In this document: positions 9,295 through 19,159 of the stretch, one piece after another
How positions within the stretch are numbered: the stretch's first letter is position 1
Layout: each line of letters opens with the position of its first letter
Virus record (IMG/VR): IMGVR_UViG_3300025066_000012
Span: 49,520-113,519 of that record
Source: a virus
Lineage: Duplodnaviria; Caudoviricetes
Strand: one strand, 5' to 3'
DNA: 64,000 nucleotides
Notes under the pieces: generated by a model
What the model saw: only the letters and a program-made list of their open reading frames with translations
Database searches by the model: none
Told to the model about the DNA's origin: nothing
Position numbers and translations under genes: made by a program

Positions 9295-9967
9295 TTATTC
9301 CAACCTTCCCTTTAAAAGATCACTAAATTTAGTAACCTTGCCAGTCCTGTGATCTGTAACTTTATCTCTTTGAATCTGATAAGTTTTAATCTTATCTCCC
9401 CTCATTCCCGAGCCAACCTGAGAGGATCTAATCCTTGAGCGTTTTTTCCCAAGCGTATCAGATTCTATCTCATAAAGCTTTGCCCGAAGTAATCTTAAGG
9501 CGTTCTCTTTATTCAGGCGTTGAGAGCGCTCCTGCTCACATCGCACAGATATCTGAGTTGGGATATGCTTTAGCTGAACAGCAGAGTCAGTTGTATTCCT
9601 GTGCTGACCTCCCGCTCCAGAGCCACGACAGGTTTTCCATTCAAGATCTTTTTCTAAAATCTTTATGTCAGCCTGCTTAGGCTCCTCTAAAACTGCAACA
9701 GTTATTGTTGAAGTATGAATTCGCCCTCTTTTGTCAGTAGGGGATGCTCTCTGAAAACGATGACCCCCCGCTTCTCTGCCAAACATCTTTAAAGCATTCT
9801 TCCCTTTTACTAGGGCGATTATAATCCCTGGACGAGAATCTATTAGGCTTAAGCTAAAGAGAGTTCCGGCGACAGACCTTGGCGTAAATTCCAAATTGAT
9901 CTTTAACAAGAAGTTTGCTGTCCCTGCCGCCTTCGGCGGCTCTAATCTCTAATATAATAGAATTCAT
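9295..9967 (-). CDS. class I peptide chain release factor, 223 aa, expressed via +1 frameshift at CTT-TAG-C (9859-9853)
   Basis: SD AAGGAG + ATG 9967; frame 0 gives ILEIRAAEGG.DS.LL (PCRF start) and stops at codon 38; +1 frame gives EAGGHRFQR, SPT, GRIHTS, GSGAGGQH, R..KIKTY. Confidence 0.88.
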
Positions 9968-10049
9968 ATCTACTCTCCTTAGTTTGTTCTGGTTTAATAC
10001 CAGAAGCCATAATCATTTTACCTAGAATAATCTCCGTCAACAATCCATT

Positions 10050-10550
10050 TTATTTTAGACATATCTTATTTCTCTCTTTAGGATAAACATAAACAAGAGT
10101 ACTATTCTTAAATAGTCTTACCTCGCCGGATGGAAGGTCTGTTAGTCCAACGATTCTCACACAAATGGTGCTGCCCAGATGTGATCCATTGTTGGCTCCA
10201 GTCTCTGTTCCAATCATCCACCTTGCTCCTGAATCATCCCAAAAGAATTTATCGTTGCCTTCAATAAGAACCTCGCTCAGTGTGACTTCTTTTTCATCGC
10301 CAAACACCATCGCCACAGTCTCAAGTGGTAACGCCTTCACCAAGCCCTCTAGAGAGGAACTCATTTCTTCGTCATTCATAATGCATGTGCCAGAAACCAT
10401 CCAAGATTCTTCTTTTTCATCCCAAGAGACATCTAATTCCAATCCAAATAGATTAAAATGTCCTCCGTGATATTTTTCATTTCCCCTGTCATTAATACCG
10501 GGGCCAGGATGCGGTGCTAGATATGGGTGTAATCTTTTTTTCATTTTCAA
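10050..10550 (-). CDS. hypothetical protein
   Basis: ORF with SD GGAG. Confidence 0.6.
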   Translation of the reverse strand: MKMKKRLHPYLAPHPGPGINDRGNEKYHGGHFNLFGLELDVSWDEKEESWMVSGTCIMNDEEMSSSLEGLVKALPLETVAMVFGDEKEVTLSEVLIEGNDKFFWDDSGARWMIGTETGANNGSHLGSTICVRIVGLTDLPSGEVRLFKNSTLVYVYPKERNKICLK

Positions 10551-10553
10551 CTC

Positions 10554-10790
10554 CTATTCGGTTCCATTAAGATAAAGTTTCAGTGCTTCTCGGTAATCAA
10601 AGGTCCTTCTTACACAATCATATTCCCATCCGCGTAATCCTCTGCGTTTACACTCAATAGTGATTACTCCATACTCTGCCGAATCAAAATTTATCCAATA
10701 TTCATCCCCGACCTCTTCCCGGACAATATCCATAAGATTCTTAACAATCGCATCTTGTAACCATTGGTTAATTTCAATTGTAGTTTTCAT
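10554..10790 (-). CDS. hypothetical protein
   Basis: ORF only. Confidence 0.6.
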   Translation of the reverse strand: MKTTIEINQWLQDAIVKNLMDIVREEVGDEYWINFDSAEYGVITIECKRRGLRGWEYDCVRRTFDYREALKLYLNGTE

Positions 10791-11233
10791 TGCTCAATCC
10801 TTTCAGTCTTATCCCACATGTCTAGCTGCTGCTCGTTAAGCTCTTGCCTCTTTGCATTATCAAAAATAACTCTTTCCTCATAGTGTTTATCGCAGAGAGT
10901 GCTGTTCCAAGCAGTTCTTCTGAGCTTACCTTTTCCTCCGCAAGTCTCGCAGATTTCGTAAGACATTGTCTCTGCAAAAGTAATCACTCCCGAGATAAAA
11001 TCATCGCCGCCGTTAAAATAGGCTCTGAGTCCTCCAAACTTTTCTTTTATTTGACAAAAATAAAACGAGTGCATATAGTGACCGTTCAAAGGCGGTTCTG
11101 CACCGTCCTCTATGATGGCCTTTCCCGTGTACTTAAGGTAGTGCTCAATATGCGCGCACATTGCCTCAAGAAGATTCGACCACCCCTCTCCAACGCAGGG
11201 GTAGCAATTGCTCAAGAGATCTGAATATTTCAT
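10787..11233 (-). CDS. conserved phage protein with C-terminal zinc ribbon (paralog of 62119..62769)
   Basis: GW..LL, QIKEKFG.LR.Y, ICE.CG..G, W..TLC; start uncertain. Confidence 0.7.
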   Translation of the reverse strand: MKYSDLLSNCYPCVGEGWSNLLEAMCAHIEHYLKYTGKAIIEDGAEPPLNGHYMHSFYFCQIKEKFGGLRAYFNGGDDFISGVITFAETMSYEICETCGGKGKLRRTAWNSTLCDKHYEERVIFDNAKRQELNEQQLDMWDKTERIEQ

Positions 11234-11503
11234 AGTCAATCGAGCCTCCCACGTCAATACAGTCTTCGCACAAAGTAACGCGCCGAGGCCCGCGTGACCC
11301 AACTTGGCTTAGGTTATCGCACTCTTTCTTGCAACCTGTGCAGATTCCCATTTCTTTCTCACTCATTTTCTTTCTCCGGTAAATCTAGGGCTCCGCAATT
11401 ACATGCGTGCCAGTCTTGATGCCAAGGGCAATCTTCTGTGTGATCTACGACTCTATCGTAAATAATAAACTTAGTATTTGTATACTTATTTTTCATTTTC
11501 TAC

Positions 11504-11716
11504 CTACGCCTCTCCAAGTGATTCAAAAAAGATCCCCACTGAAACAAGATTTGGTTTGGGAGCTGAAAGCCGAACATCCTCAATAGCTCTGACTCTTTGC
11601 AGAATTTGGTCAACCAAAGCTAAGTCTCCCACTTGAGGTATATCTTGTGGCGGCAATTCAGCCAGATAAACAAACCCTCTGTTCTCTATTTTACAGCAAT
11701 CGTTATATTTGAACAT
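11504..11716 (-). CDS. hypothetical protein
   Basis: ORF only. Confidence 0.5.
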   Translation of the reverse strand: MFKYNDCCKIENRGFVYLAELPPQDIPQVGDLALVDQILQRVRAIEDVRLSAPKPNLVSVGIFFESLGEA

Positions 11717-11736
11717 TTTCTCTATTAACCCAAAAA

Positions 11737-12024
11737 TTATACGAGGACCGGATTAAGGGGAAGTTCTTCCGGGTAGTATGTCGAAACATTGGCTGAATCA
11801 TAATAGTGAAGAAGAGAGGAGGACTTAAACTTAAATCTACCCTTCTGAACACTTGACATATACTTTCCGGTCTTCGCGCTAGCTAGCGTAGAGTCTTCAA
11901 TATATTTTAGAGCCTGCTCTCTTGCATCAAAGAGGGCAATGTTTTCTTCAGTCTCAGAAACATTATCAGTCCATCCGCCATAGCCATATTCGCGTTCAGT
12001 TTTAAATCCAATTAATACAAACAT
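11737..12024 (-). CDS. hypothetical protein
   Basis: ORF only. Confidence 0.6.
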   Translation of the reverse strand: MFVLIGFKTEREYGYGGWTDNVSETEENIALFDAREQALKYIEDSTLASAKTGKYMSSVQKGRFKFKSSSLLHYYDSANVSTYYPEELPLNPVLV

Positions 12025-12031
12025 AATTTCC

Positions 12032-12229
12032 CTAAACCTCTCTAACTATATAAAAGTCGTTCCTCTTATAATCCGGAATTGTTTTCCACGGAGAAATTTG
12101 ACCTCTATGAAAACAATACTCTGCACATTCAATCCAACTGCCGGTATATTTGGGAGGAGAATGCTTGCTTAAAATATACAGCTTTCCATCTCTTTTTGAT
12201 TTATATATTGTCATTCTTGCTATTTCCAA
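12032..12229 (-). CDS. small basic protein (similar to 35953..36135)
   Basis: shared IYK.K..GKLY ... P.Y.G pattern. Confidence 0.6.
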   Translation of the reverse strand: MEIARMTIYKSKRDGKLYILSKHSPPKYTGSWIECAEYCFHRGQISPWKTIPDYKRNDFYIVREV

Positions 12230-12435
12230 CGAGATGAATAAGAGTTTGCCATTTTGACAAGCTTATAGTTTGAATCAGGTGACTCCCCGTAAAGAATAAT
12301 GCTCGCTACAATTAACGAGTTGCCTCCCAATTGTTCTAGAAGATTAATCGTTGCCTCAGTCGCACCTAATCCGGCGTTCTTCCTCCTAACAATTAGGTCT
12401 AATACGGCAGCCTCCTGTGGTGAAAACATTATCAT
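12220..12435 (-). CDS. hypothetical protein
   Basis: ORF only. Confidence 0.5.
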   Translation of the reverse strand: MIMFSPQEAAVLDLIVRRKNAGLGATEATINLLEQLGGNSLIVASIILYGESPDSNYKLVKMANSYSSRWK

Positions 12436-12442
12436 ATTTGCC

Positions 12443-13462
12443 TTATTTGCTCAAAATATGTGTAGAACTCTCGAACTGTCCAGCGTTAGTTTGTCTTACA
12501 AAGATGGCCTTTTCTTGCAATTCTCGAACAGTCCTCGCTCCAGAATAAGAAAGTCCAGAGCGAATACCTCTTTCCAAATCGGCTAACACGTCTGCCACAG
12601 GCCCCTTGTATTGTACGGTCGTTGCTATGCCCTCTGCCGAGGCTTGCCGCCCGCGCCAATCCATCTGAGCATCTTTAGAGGCCATTCCTCGATAAGACTT
12701 AACTCTGCCCTCATTCGTTATAAGTATTTCGCCAGGAGTTTCGTCCGTTCCAGAGAGCAGTGAGCCAATCATTACAAAGCTTGCTCCTGCGGCAAGAGCC
12801 TTAACTATGTCTCCAGAGTTGCGAATACCACCATCTGCGATGATTGGCGCACAATAACTTGACTGAGAACAATCGATAATAGATTGTAACGCAGGCACTC
12901 CGTGTCCCGTCTGAATTCTTGTGCTACAGATGCTGCCTGAACCTATTCCCGTCCTTATGCTATCTGCTCCCCAATCAACCAAAGATTCATATCCATCTTT
13001 CGTTGCGACATTTCCGGCCATTATATGAATCAAACTTCCAAATTCTTTTTTCAAATTTCTTAAAGCAGTCTTCATCAGAATGTGATCGCCATGTGCCGTG
13101 TCAACGCAGATGGTTCTAACGCCAGCATCTACGAGTGTGCGCGCACGCTGAAGCTCATCTGTTGACGTTCCTATTGCGGCAGCTATATGCGTTACGGCTC
13201 CTGAGCTAATGGCCTTTTTTGCAATCAAAGCCTGCCGCTCAGGCGTGTTGTACCTGTGAACAATTGAAAGACCGCCAGCCTTGCCCATTGCTATAGACAT
13301 TTTTTCTTCTGTGATCGTATCCATTGGGCTTGATATAATCGGCAGCCTAAATTCAACATCGCCAAGCAAAGTGGTCGTGCTAACTTCTTTCCTGCTGCGT
13401 ATATCTGAATATTGAGGCGCAATTAAAACGTCTCCATAGCTTAATGCTTCTTTAAATTTCAT
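12443..13462 (-). CDS. guaB: IMP dehydrogenase / GMP reductase family, no CBS domains
   Basis: SSPMDT, VDTAHG, AGNVAT, catalytic [26 protein letters not shown]. Confidence 0.9.
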   Translation of the reverse strand: MKFKEALSYGDVLIAPQYSDIRSRKEVSTTTLLGDVEFRLPIISSPMDTITEEKMSIAMGKAGGLSIVHRYNTPERQALIAKKAISSGAVTHIAAAIGTSTDELQRARTLVDAGVRTICVDTAHGDHILMKTALRNLKKEFGSLIHIMAGNVATKDGYESLVDWGADSIRTGIGSGSICSTRIQTGHGVPALQSIIDCSQSSYCAPIIADGGIRNSGDIVKALAAGASFVMIGSLLSGTDETPGEILITNEGRVKSYRGMASKDAQMDWRGRQASAEGIATTVQYKGPVADVLADLERGIRSGLSYSGARTVRELQEKAIFVRQTNAGQFESSTHILSK

Positions 13463-13507
13463 TCTTTTTCATCCTCGTGGCGAGGTTAAGCCCCGCCGCA
13501 TCGTTCG

Positions 13508-13744
13508 TCAATCTTCCTTTTGAGTATTTGGACTTCCATTTTTGACACACTTCAGCAGTTTTTTTAATGCTATTACATTAAAATATTCGTCTTTAGCATT
13601 CTCAAAAAAACTAATTGTATCATGGCAATATTCGCATAGAAAGCTTTGTCTTTTCTCCCCAGACTCCACCGTGCAATCGTTTTCGCGATTACCATATTTA
13701 CATCCATGAACAGAGCAGCAATGCTCGGTGTGTACGTCGCTCAT
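13508..13744 (-). CDS. small Cys-rich protein
   Basis: HCC..HGCKYG, CEYC. Confidence 0.65.
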   Translation of the reverse strand: MSDVHTEHCCSVHGCKYGNRENDCTVESGEKRQSFLCEYCHDTISFFENAKDEYFNVIALKKLLKCVKNGSPNTQKED

Positions 13745-14404
13745 CTAACAAGCTGCCCAACCGCCGACAACCCAAGCTATCTTCCTGCTTGGCCTTTGCG
13801 CGCCAGCATCCTCCACTTTCGCTATCGCCTTAGACTCTTTTTCTGACCAAGAAGCCACTCTCTTGACAGCTGTCTCGCTAAGTAAGTTAGAGCTACAAAG
13901 CGGACACTTTGGAAGTTGCGGATAAGATATATAACTTGACAATGCTTCTGACTTAATTGGGAAATTATATTTTGCTTTAAGTCTGTCTAAGCTAAGACGC
14001 GAAGAGCATGTTGAACACCCGACAAATGTTGATTTTCTGTTGAAAAATGATTCACACAAAGTCGTCATTCCGTGATACTTCTTTTCTTTGGTCTTTCTCA
14101 GCACTAACTTTGCATCTTCAATCTTCTTATTTTACCTCTCTGTTAGAGAAAGGGGAACAAAGAAGGAACATGCAATAGCGCTATCTCGCTTGTTATGATA
14201 CTCCAAGATATAATCTCGAGCTTCAGATTCAGAGTTAAAGCTATGACCCTGAAAGCGAACCCCTCGGGCGAAGGTTGTTGAGTTACCGGCGTAAGCACCA
14301 GAGCCAGACTCATAGGTATCTTCTTCTACACAGTTATCCCATGCCGTCCGAACACCCTCTCTGTCTGATGCATTTACTCTAATGATATAATCATGTGCTC
14401 CCAT
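13745..14404 (-). pseudogene. probable single gene split by an in-frame TAA (14134-14132)
   Basis: the two track ORFs 14132..14404 and 13745..14104 share a frame: ...LTER*NKKIEDAKLVLRK... Confidence 0.6.
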
Positions 14405-14405
14405 A

Positions 14406-14669
14406 TTATTCTCCCTCTTTGCTAGAACGCAAGTCTGTTGCTATCAATTTTTTATCCCAAGCCTTATTAAATTCTTCTTTTAGAAAATTACTAATTGCAG
14501 AGTCATCATATTCCCACCCTACAACTTCGCCATGAGACAAACCTTTGGCCGCCTCTGTAACAAGATATTCATCAATTGCTCCCTTATCATTTATATCGAA
14601 GTCGCTCAAATCTATATCGACTTCCGCTTCATGAGTAAGGATATAATCTATGGTTATTTTAATTTTCAT
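14406..14669 (-). CDS. hypothetical acidic protein
   Basis: ORF only. Confidence 0.6.
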   Translation of the reverse strand: MKIKITIDYILTHEAEVDIDLSDFDINDKGAIDEYLVTEAAKGLSHGEVVGWEYDDSAISNFLKEEFNKAWDKKLIATDLRSSKEGE

Positions 14670-14893
14670 TAATTAACCCATTCTCTCAAGTCAATAATGT
14701 CATACCAATCATAATGGCACCCGCGAATTTCCCACTCTCCGAGCCAATGACCATGCAGACCTTTCTGAGAAGCTTTGCTCTTTAACTCAACCTCCGCTCT
14801 CGCCTCTTCCTTCGTCTCAAACGTGGCAATCCAATCTTCTGTCCCGGGCGATGGATAATAATTATCTCCTGCTATTAAAAGAAACTTTTTCAT
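14669..14893 (-). CDS. hypothetical phage protein
   Basis: FLL.AGD.YYP..G..DW ... DWY.IIDL pattern. Confidence 0.65.
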   Translation of the reverse strand: MKKFLLIAGDNYYPSPGTEDWIATFETKEEARAEVELKSKASQKGLHGHWLGEWEIRGCHYDWYDIIDLREWVN

Positions 14894-15870
14894 TACTTTG
14901 TAACTCCAAAATGTTCTTTATAAATATTGATAATGAACTCTTCTATCTTCTCTCTATTAGATTCCTCGGGAAGAGAGCTATTTTCAACAGCCTTCTCTAG
15001 TAACTCCAGCCTATTATCAATTTCATTAGAAACTTCTTTAGCTGGAATATCTCCCTTGCGAACCTCTAATAAAAAACTTCTATCCAAAAGAGGCATGGTT
15101 ATATTTCCCGTCCTCATTAACTCAATCGCTTCGCCAGCGACTCTTAGTGCGTGCATCATAGCCTTATAGTCTGCTCCATCTGCATCGGCAGCGGCCCTAG
15201 CTCGCCTCCCATGTTTATTCTTAGCCGGATATAAGACATTGTCAAGAGAATAGCCTATCCTTGTTGTCATAGGGAGATATCTCCCGCAAACCGTAAGGGC
15301 TAGAATCTTTTTACCATCACCTGTGCCAACTTCAATTTCTCGCAACTCTATATGCTCTCTTGAACATAGAGATCCCAAAGCATCTATGTGAAGCTCCAAT
15401 CTATCTTCTGGTGGAAGCCTCTCAAACAAATCTATAGCAGCCTCTACGTCATTTAGCCTATCTCCCTTAACAGAATATCTCGATGCTTGGCTGCGACAAT
15501 ATCCTACCATAGCTTTGATCTTCCTATTTAACAGATGTGGCTTAAGCTCGATAACTCTATCCCAAATAGGAGAGCTTTCAATCCAGAATTCTTCCGGAGT
15601 AAACAGCATATCTATTGCGTTGGTTTGACCTTGCATACAAAGATCTAGAAATCTTCCTAATTCAATTGATTCCATATCAATATCTTCTGATGTATTTTTT
15701 CCGGCAGAGCTAGTCGATGCGGTGATTCTCTTTCCTTTGAACAAAGCCATGTCATCAAAGCTGGACAAAAATACCTGCTTGTAATCTGTATCTGAGGTGG
15801 GCAGGTTTGTGCCATAAACTCTGCTTCCAAAAAGCATTTTTACGATTATCTTCATTCTATGCTCCTGCAA
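14893..15870 (-). CDS. Pol-beta-superfamily nucleotidyltransferase (RlaP/Nuc-transf-like)
   Basis: FGSRVYGTNLPTSDTDYK, NAIDMLF, DYKAMMHALRV, LL.VRKG. Confidence 0.85.
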   Translation of the reverse strand: MQEHRMKIIVKMLFGSRVYGTNLPTSDTDYKQVFLSSFDDMALFKGKRITASTSSAGKNTSEDIDMESIELGRFLDLCMQGQTNAIDMLFTPEEFWIESSPIWDRVIELKPHLLNRKIKAMVGYCRSQASRYSVKGDRLNDVEAAIDLFERLPPEDRLELHIDALGSLCSREHIELREIEVGTGDGKKILALTVCGRYLPMTTRIGYSLDNVLYPAKNKHGRRARAAADADGADYKAMMHALRVAGEAIELMRTGNITMPLLDRSFLLEVRKGDIPAKEVSNEIDNRLELLEKAVENSSLPEESNREKIEEFIINIYKEHFGVTK

Positions 15871-15881
15871 ATCCTATCTCA

Positions 15882-16448
15882 TTACAAAACTTCATCTATA
15901 ACACCAAGAGATAAAGCTTCCTCTGCGGTCATAAACCAATCAATCTTATTCTTTAAGATCTTTTTGAGCTTCTTTTTTGTAATGCTTGTTTTCTCTAAAG
16001 TGATATCCTCAATCTTTTGTTGAAGCCTTCTGGTTTCTACAATCTTCTCTTCTAAGTCTTGTATTTTTCCCCAGAATCCGGTTGATACCTGATGATACAG
16101 TGGAGTTGAGTGGGCGTATCCGAATCTCTTATGTCCAGAGATAAGAATCATAAAGCCACAAGACATTGCCGCACCAGTTACGATTGTGTAAATGGGAGTC
16201 TTGCTGCTCTCCATAATGCCAAGCAATCCCAAGCACTGGTAAACTGCCCCACCGTAAGAATCAATATACATCTTAATAGGATTTGGAACATACTTTATGT
16301 TATATATTCCATACATCTTTTTTAGAAAGGCATCATGTTCGTTTATCAAAACAATGCTCTTAGTCAAATCATTCATGGACTTTTGATCAACCTGACTCGG
16401 AAGATAAAGATTCCTCTCTTTGGGGGCCGGAAGTGTCGCTGAGTCCAT
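15882..16448 (-). CDS. ClpP-family protease
   Basis: YIDSYGG.V, G.AMSCG (catalytic Ser), LYHQ, DWFMTAEEAL.LGVIDEV. Confidence 0.9.
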   Translation of the reverse strand: MDSATLPAPKERNLYLPSQVDQKSMNDLTKSIVLINEHDAFLKKMYGIYNIKYVPNPIKMYIDSYGGAVYQCLGLLGIMESSKTPIYTIVTGAAMSCGFMILISGHKRFGYAHSTPLYHQVSTGFWGKIQDLEEKIVETRRLQQKIEDITLEKTSITKKKLKKILKNKIDWFMTAEEALSLGVIDEVL

Positions 16449-16449
16449 T

Positions 16450-16680
16450 TTATTTTTCCTCCTTACTTCCGTAAACATCATCTAGCCACTCTTGGATAGT
16501 TGCGCCAGCTTCATACTCCCAAATGCCCTCTTCGTTTTTACGCCTTATATCAATTCTTACAAAGCCGCAGTCCTTGCACGCGTCTGCGAGTGAGTCTGGC
16601 ATGTGAAACCACTCAACCGTTTTGTTGCAGCAGTTACAATGATCGCCCAATACTATTTGTCCGTCAAATTCATGCGGCAT
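16450..16680 (-). CDS. small zinc-ribbon protein
   Basis: two CxxC pairs. Confidence 0.55.
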   Translation of the reverse strand: MPHEFDGQIVLGDHCNCCNKTVEWFHMPDSLADACKDCGFVRIDIRRKNEEGIWEYEAGATIQEWLDDVYGSKEEK

Positions 16681-16903
16681 TTTTATAAATCTCCATAGAA
16701 GTTTCCTTCGCTTCTGCTAGACTGCGACAGTAGCCTCTTGCAACACAGACTGGCGGGGTATCGCCAAACCCAAGGTCTAGCTCATACCTCATTATAACCC
16801 AACTATATTTCTCGGAACTATCTTTTGTTATCTCTACGCTGGAGAATCCATCACCAGCAGACCAGACCGTTCTCTTATTCCACTTCATTTTAAATAATCC
16901 CAT
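16670..16903 (-). CDS. hypothetical protein
   Basis: ORF only. Confidence 0.55.
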   Translation of the reverse strand: MGLFKMKWNKRTVWSAGDGFSSVEITKDSSEKYSWVIMRYELDLGFGDTPPVCVARGYCRSLAEAKETSMEIYKNAA

Positions 16904-17543
16904 CTGGAAGCATACCAGCCTCTTTCATTGCTTTGATCGTTAGTGGAAAACTCCCTTCGGCAGCAACTAGCGTTAGCATTTTTTCAGCTATAGTTCTAAT
17001 TTCTACCTGAGAGTGCTCGCTGTTTCTTAGTTTCTGAAAGTGAGCGAATGATCTCCAGTTAAACATAACATCGCATGTAATTTGGATTCCATATGGAAGA
17101 TAGAATCTGGCGCTCTCTTTCGCCCTCTTTCTTGAAACTCCAGACTTTTCTAATCGTTCAATACAAGAATGATACCTCAAGAAAGACGCCTCTATGTGTG
17201 CCCTAAGCGCACACTGCTGTGCTACAGGCCAATCATTTGGAATGTAATAGTCATCAGAAACAAATTCCCGATAACGTGCCGATTGACCATTCAAGCTCAC
17301 ACCTATTCTGTGCTTTAGAAGGTGAATGTGTGACGCAATGTCTGATTTAACTAAGAAATGTAGACTTGACTTCTCGTAAGGCGTGTGATGGCCCTCTTTC
17401 GCCAACATAGACAAGAGACTTCCGATTCTGCCCCTCTTTTTCTCTGTTAATTCACGACTTGTACTTGTCCAAGCTGACAACGCATGTGTCTCATCTGTCC
17501 CGTATACACCTACAAGCTCTACGCTATTCTCGTAATTCATCAT
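16890..17543 (-). CDS. thyX: FAD-dependent thymidylate synthase
   Basis: HHTPYE, KHR..S....SARY, KESARFYLP, FNWRS..HF..LR...HSQ.EIR. Confidence 0.92.
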   Translation of the reverse strand: MMNYENSVELVGVYGTDETHALSAWTSTSRELTEKKRGRIGSLLSMLAKEGHHTPYEKSSLHFLVKSDIASHIHLLKHRIGVSLNGQSARYREFVSDDYYIPNDWPVAQQCALRAHIEASFLRYHSCIERLEKSGVSRKRAKESARFYLPYGIQITCDVMFNWRSFAHFQKLRNSEHSQVEIRTIAEKMLTLVAAEGSFPLTIKAMKEAGMLPDGII

Positions 17544-17681
17544 TCAACTCCTTTCCGCCCACACTGACCCGGGCAAAATCTTCACATCCGCTTATCCTAA
17601 TTAATTGATCAAGCAACCACCCACTTAACCATGCCCATAAGGCCCACCCGCTACAAGCGGGGTAACTTCATTTTGCAATCT

Positions 17682-17873
17682 TCAAAGAGGAAGAGTATCT
17701 CCATACTCTGGCACTCTTCCGAATCTCCAAGTTGATTTCCTTATTGTTCTGTATCCATTTCCATCATTCACAAACTCTAATGCTTCCTCTTCCATTTCAG
17801 GAGGAAAGACCGCCTGAACTATTATTGGAACATCAGGAGCAGTCGCAAAAACAAAAAGCCAATAATCTTGCAT
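17682..17873 (-). CDS. hypothetical protein
   Basis: ORF only. Confidence 0.5.
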   Translation of the reverse strand: MQDYWLFVFATAPDVPIIVQAVFPPEMEEEALEFVNDGNGYRTIRKSTWRFGRVPEYGDTLPL

Positions 17874-19067
17874 TTATTCACCCCTACAGATAACCGTAAA
17901 CTGTTTCTCTTGGTCAAAGATTCTATTGGCAGCAGAAGTTATACCTGACGGCGTAACCGCCTCGACGCTCTTCATATGATCTTCGATAGAGGATAGCCCG
18001 TCGAGCCTACGCTTAATTGCCCAAAAAGCTAAGCTATAGCTATCTTCCATAGCAGAGTAGAAAGAGGACTTTATTTTATTCTTGGCCCTCTGAACTTCCT
18101 CTTCACTAGGCATATCCAATTTAATCCTAGTTAGCTCCGTGTCTACAATTTCTATAGCCGGAGTTATATTCTCTTCTCTTGTAGAAAACTCAATCATAGA
18201 AGCGGCTCCACCCTGGAAGTCTGTTGTTCCGGCAGAGATACTATATACCAATCCGCGCTTCTCTCTTACCTCTTCAAATAATCTAGAATCCATACCTCTT
18301 CCTAGGACAGCTGATAGCACCATGATTTCGCTATCAATCTCAGAGTTCGTCGGAACGGACGGCATAGCCAACCAAACATAAGAGTGCTCCACTCCGCCCT
18401 TAACAAGCTCCCCGTATCGCCTGCCGAGATAGTTTGACCCCTTAAACTTGTGTGGATTTCTAGTTCTTCCAGACGCCTTACCAAAGTATTTATTTAGAAG
18501 AGCCTTTGAATTCTTCTTGTTCAGATTACTGCAGATAGAAACTATAGCATCTTTTCTGTTGCAAAATTGAGCATGGAAGCGCCTTACTTCGTCTACTGTA
18601 AATTTCGATATAGACTCCTGTGTTCCGATTACTGGATTAGATAAATAGTTATCAAAGAATTCATCAGAAAACATATTCCACATGTATGAAGAGACGGCAT
18701 CTAATGATGACATTTCCTCTTCTTTTACTACCTCTATCTCTCTAATTACATCTTCATCTGGAAAGATTGGATTAAAAATCATATCCGACAGAATGTCCAT
18801 GCATGGTTCTAGATTTTCATAGGGAACAGAAATATAATAAGCGACTGCCTCGTGCGATGTAAACGCATTAGAGTGGCCGCCGTAGAATCCTATTTGCCTC
18901 TGAATGTCGTATGCAGTTCTTGCGGCCGTTCCTTTGAACAAGGAGTGTTCTAGCATATGAGCTATGCCAGGATTATATCCGCCTTTCTCTTCCACTCTGG
19001 CCCCGGCATTAAATGCCACTATGATTGTAGCAATCCTACTGTGCGTTTTTGATATTTCATGTATCAT
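17874..19067 (-). CDS. M16 (pitrilysin-like) zinc peptidase
   Basis: GIAHMLEH (HxxEH), NAFTS, SRLFEEVREKRGLVY. Confidence 0.93.
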   Translation of the reverse strand: MIHEISKTHSRIATIIVAFNAGARVEEKGGYNPGIAHMLEHSLFKGTAARTAYDIQRQIGFYGGHSNAFTSHEAVAYYISVPYENLEPCMDILSDMIFNPIFPDEDVIREIEVVKEEEMSSLDAVSSYMWNMFSDEFFDNYLSNPVIGTQESISKFTVDEVRRFHAQFCNRKDAIVSICSNLNKKNSKALLNKYFGKASGRTRNPHKFKGSNYLGRRYGELVKGGVEHSYVWLAMPSVPTNSEIDSEIMVLSAVLGRGMDSRLFEEVREKRGLVYSISAGTTDFQGGAASMIEFSTREENITPAIEIVDTELTRIKLDMPSEEEVQRAKNKIKSSFYSAMEDSYSLAFWAIKRRLDGLSSIEDHMKSVEAVTPSGITSAANRIFDQEKQFTVICRGE

Positions 19068-19085
19068 ATTTTCTTTATTAACTCC

Positions 19086-19124
19086 AAAAAAAGGAGGCGA
19101 AGGTTAGACCCTTCGCCTCCTTTT
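19086..19124. terminator. intrinsic terminator (bidirectional-type)
   Basis: AAAAGGAGGCGAAGG-loop-CCTTCGCCTCCTTTT. Confidence 0.85.
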
Positions 19125-19159
19125 AACAGAAGCAAAAGCTTCTGGTATATTTTAGACAG

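Noticed and set aside
9857-9909. Track start of the release factor at 9909 (MLKINLEF...)
   Set aside because: TTG without SD and non-homologous sequence; the homologous N-terminus is in the frame starting at 9967.
7551-12620. Diversity-generating retroelement TR/VR pair (guaB or DUF3310 duplicates)
   Set aside because: Differences are not adenine-specific and no reverse transcriptase is present.
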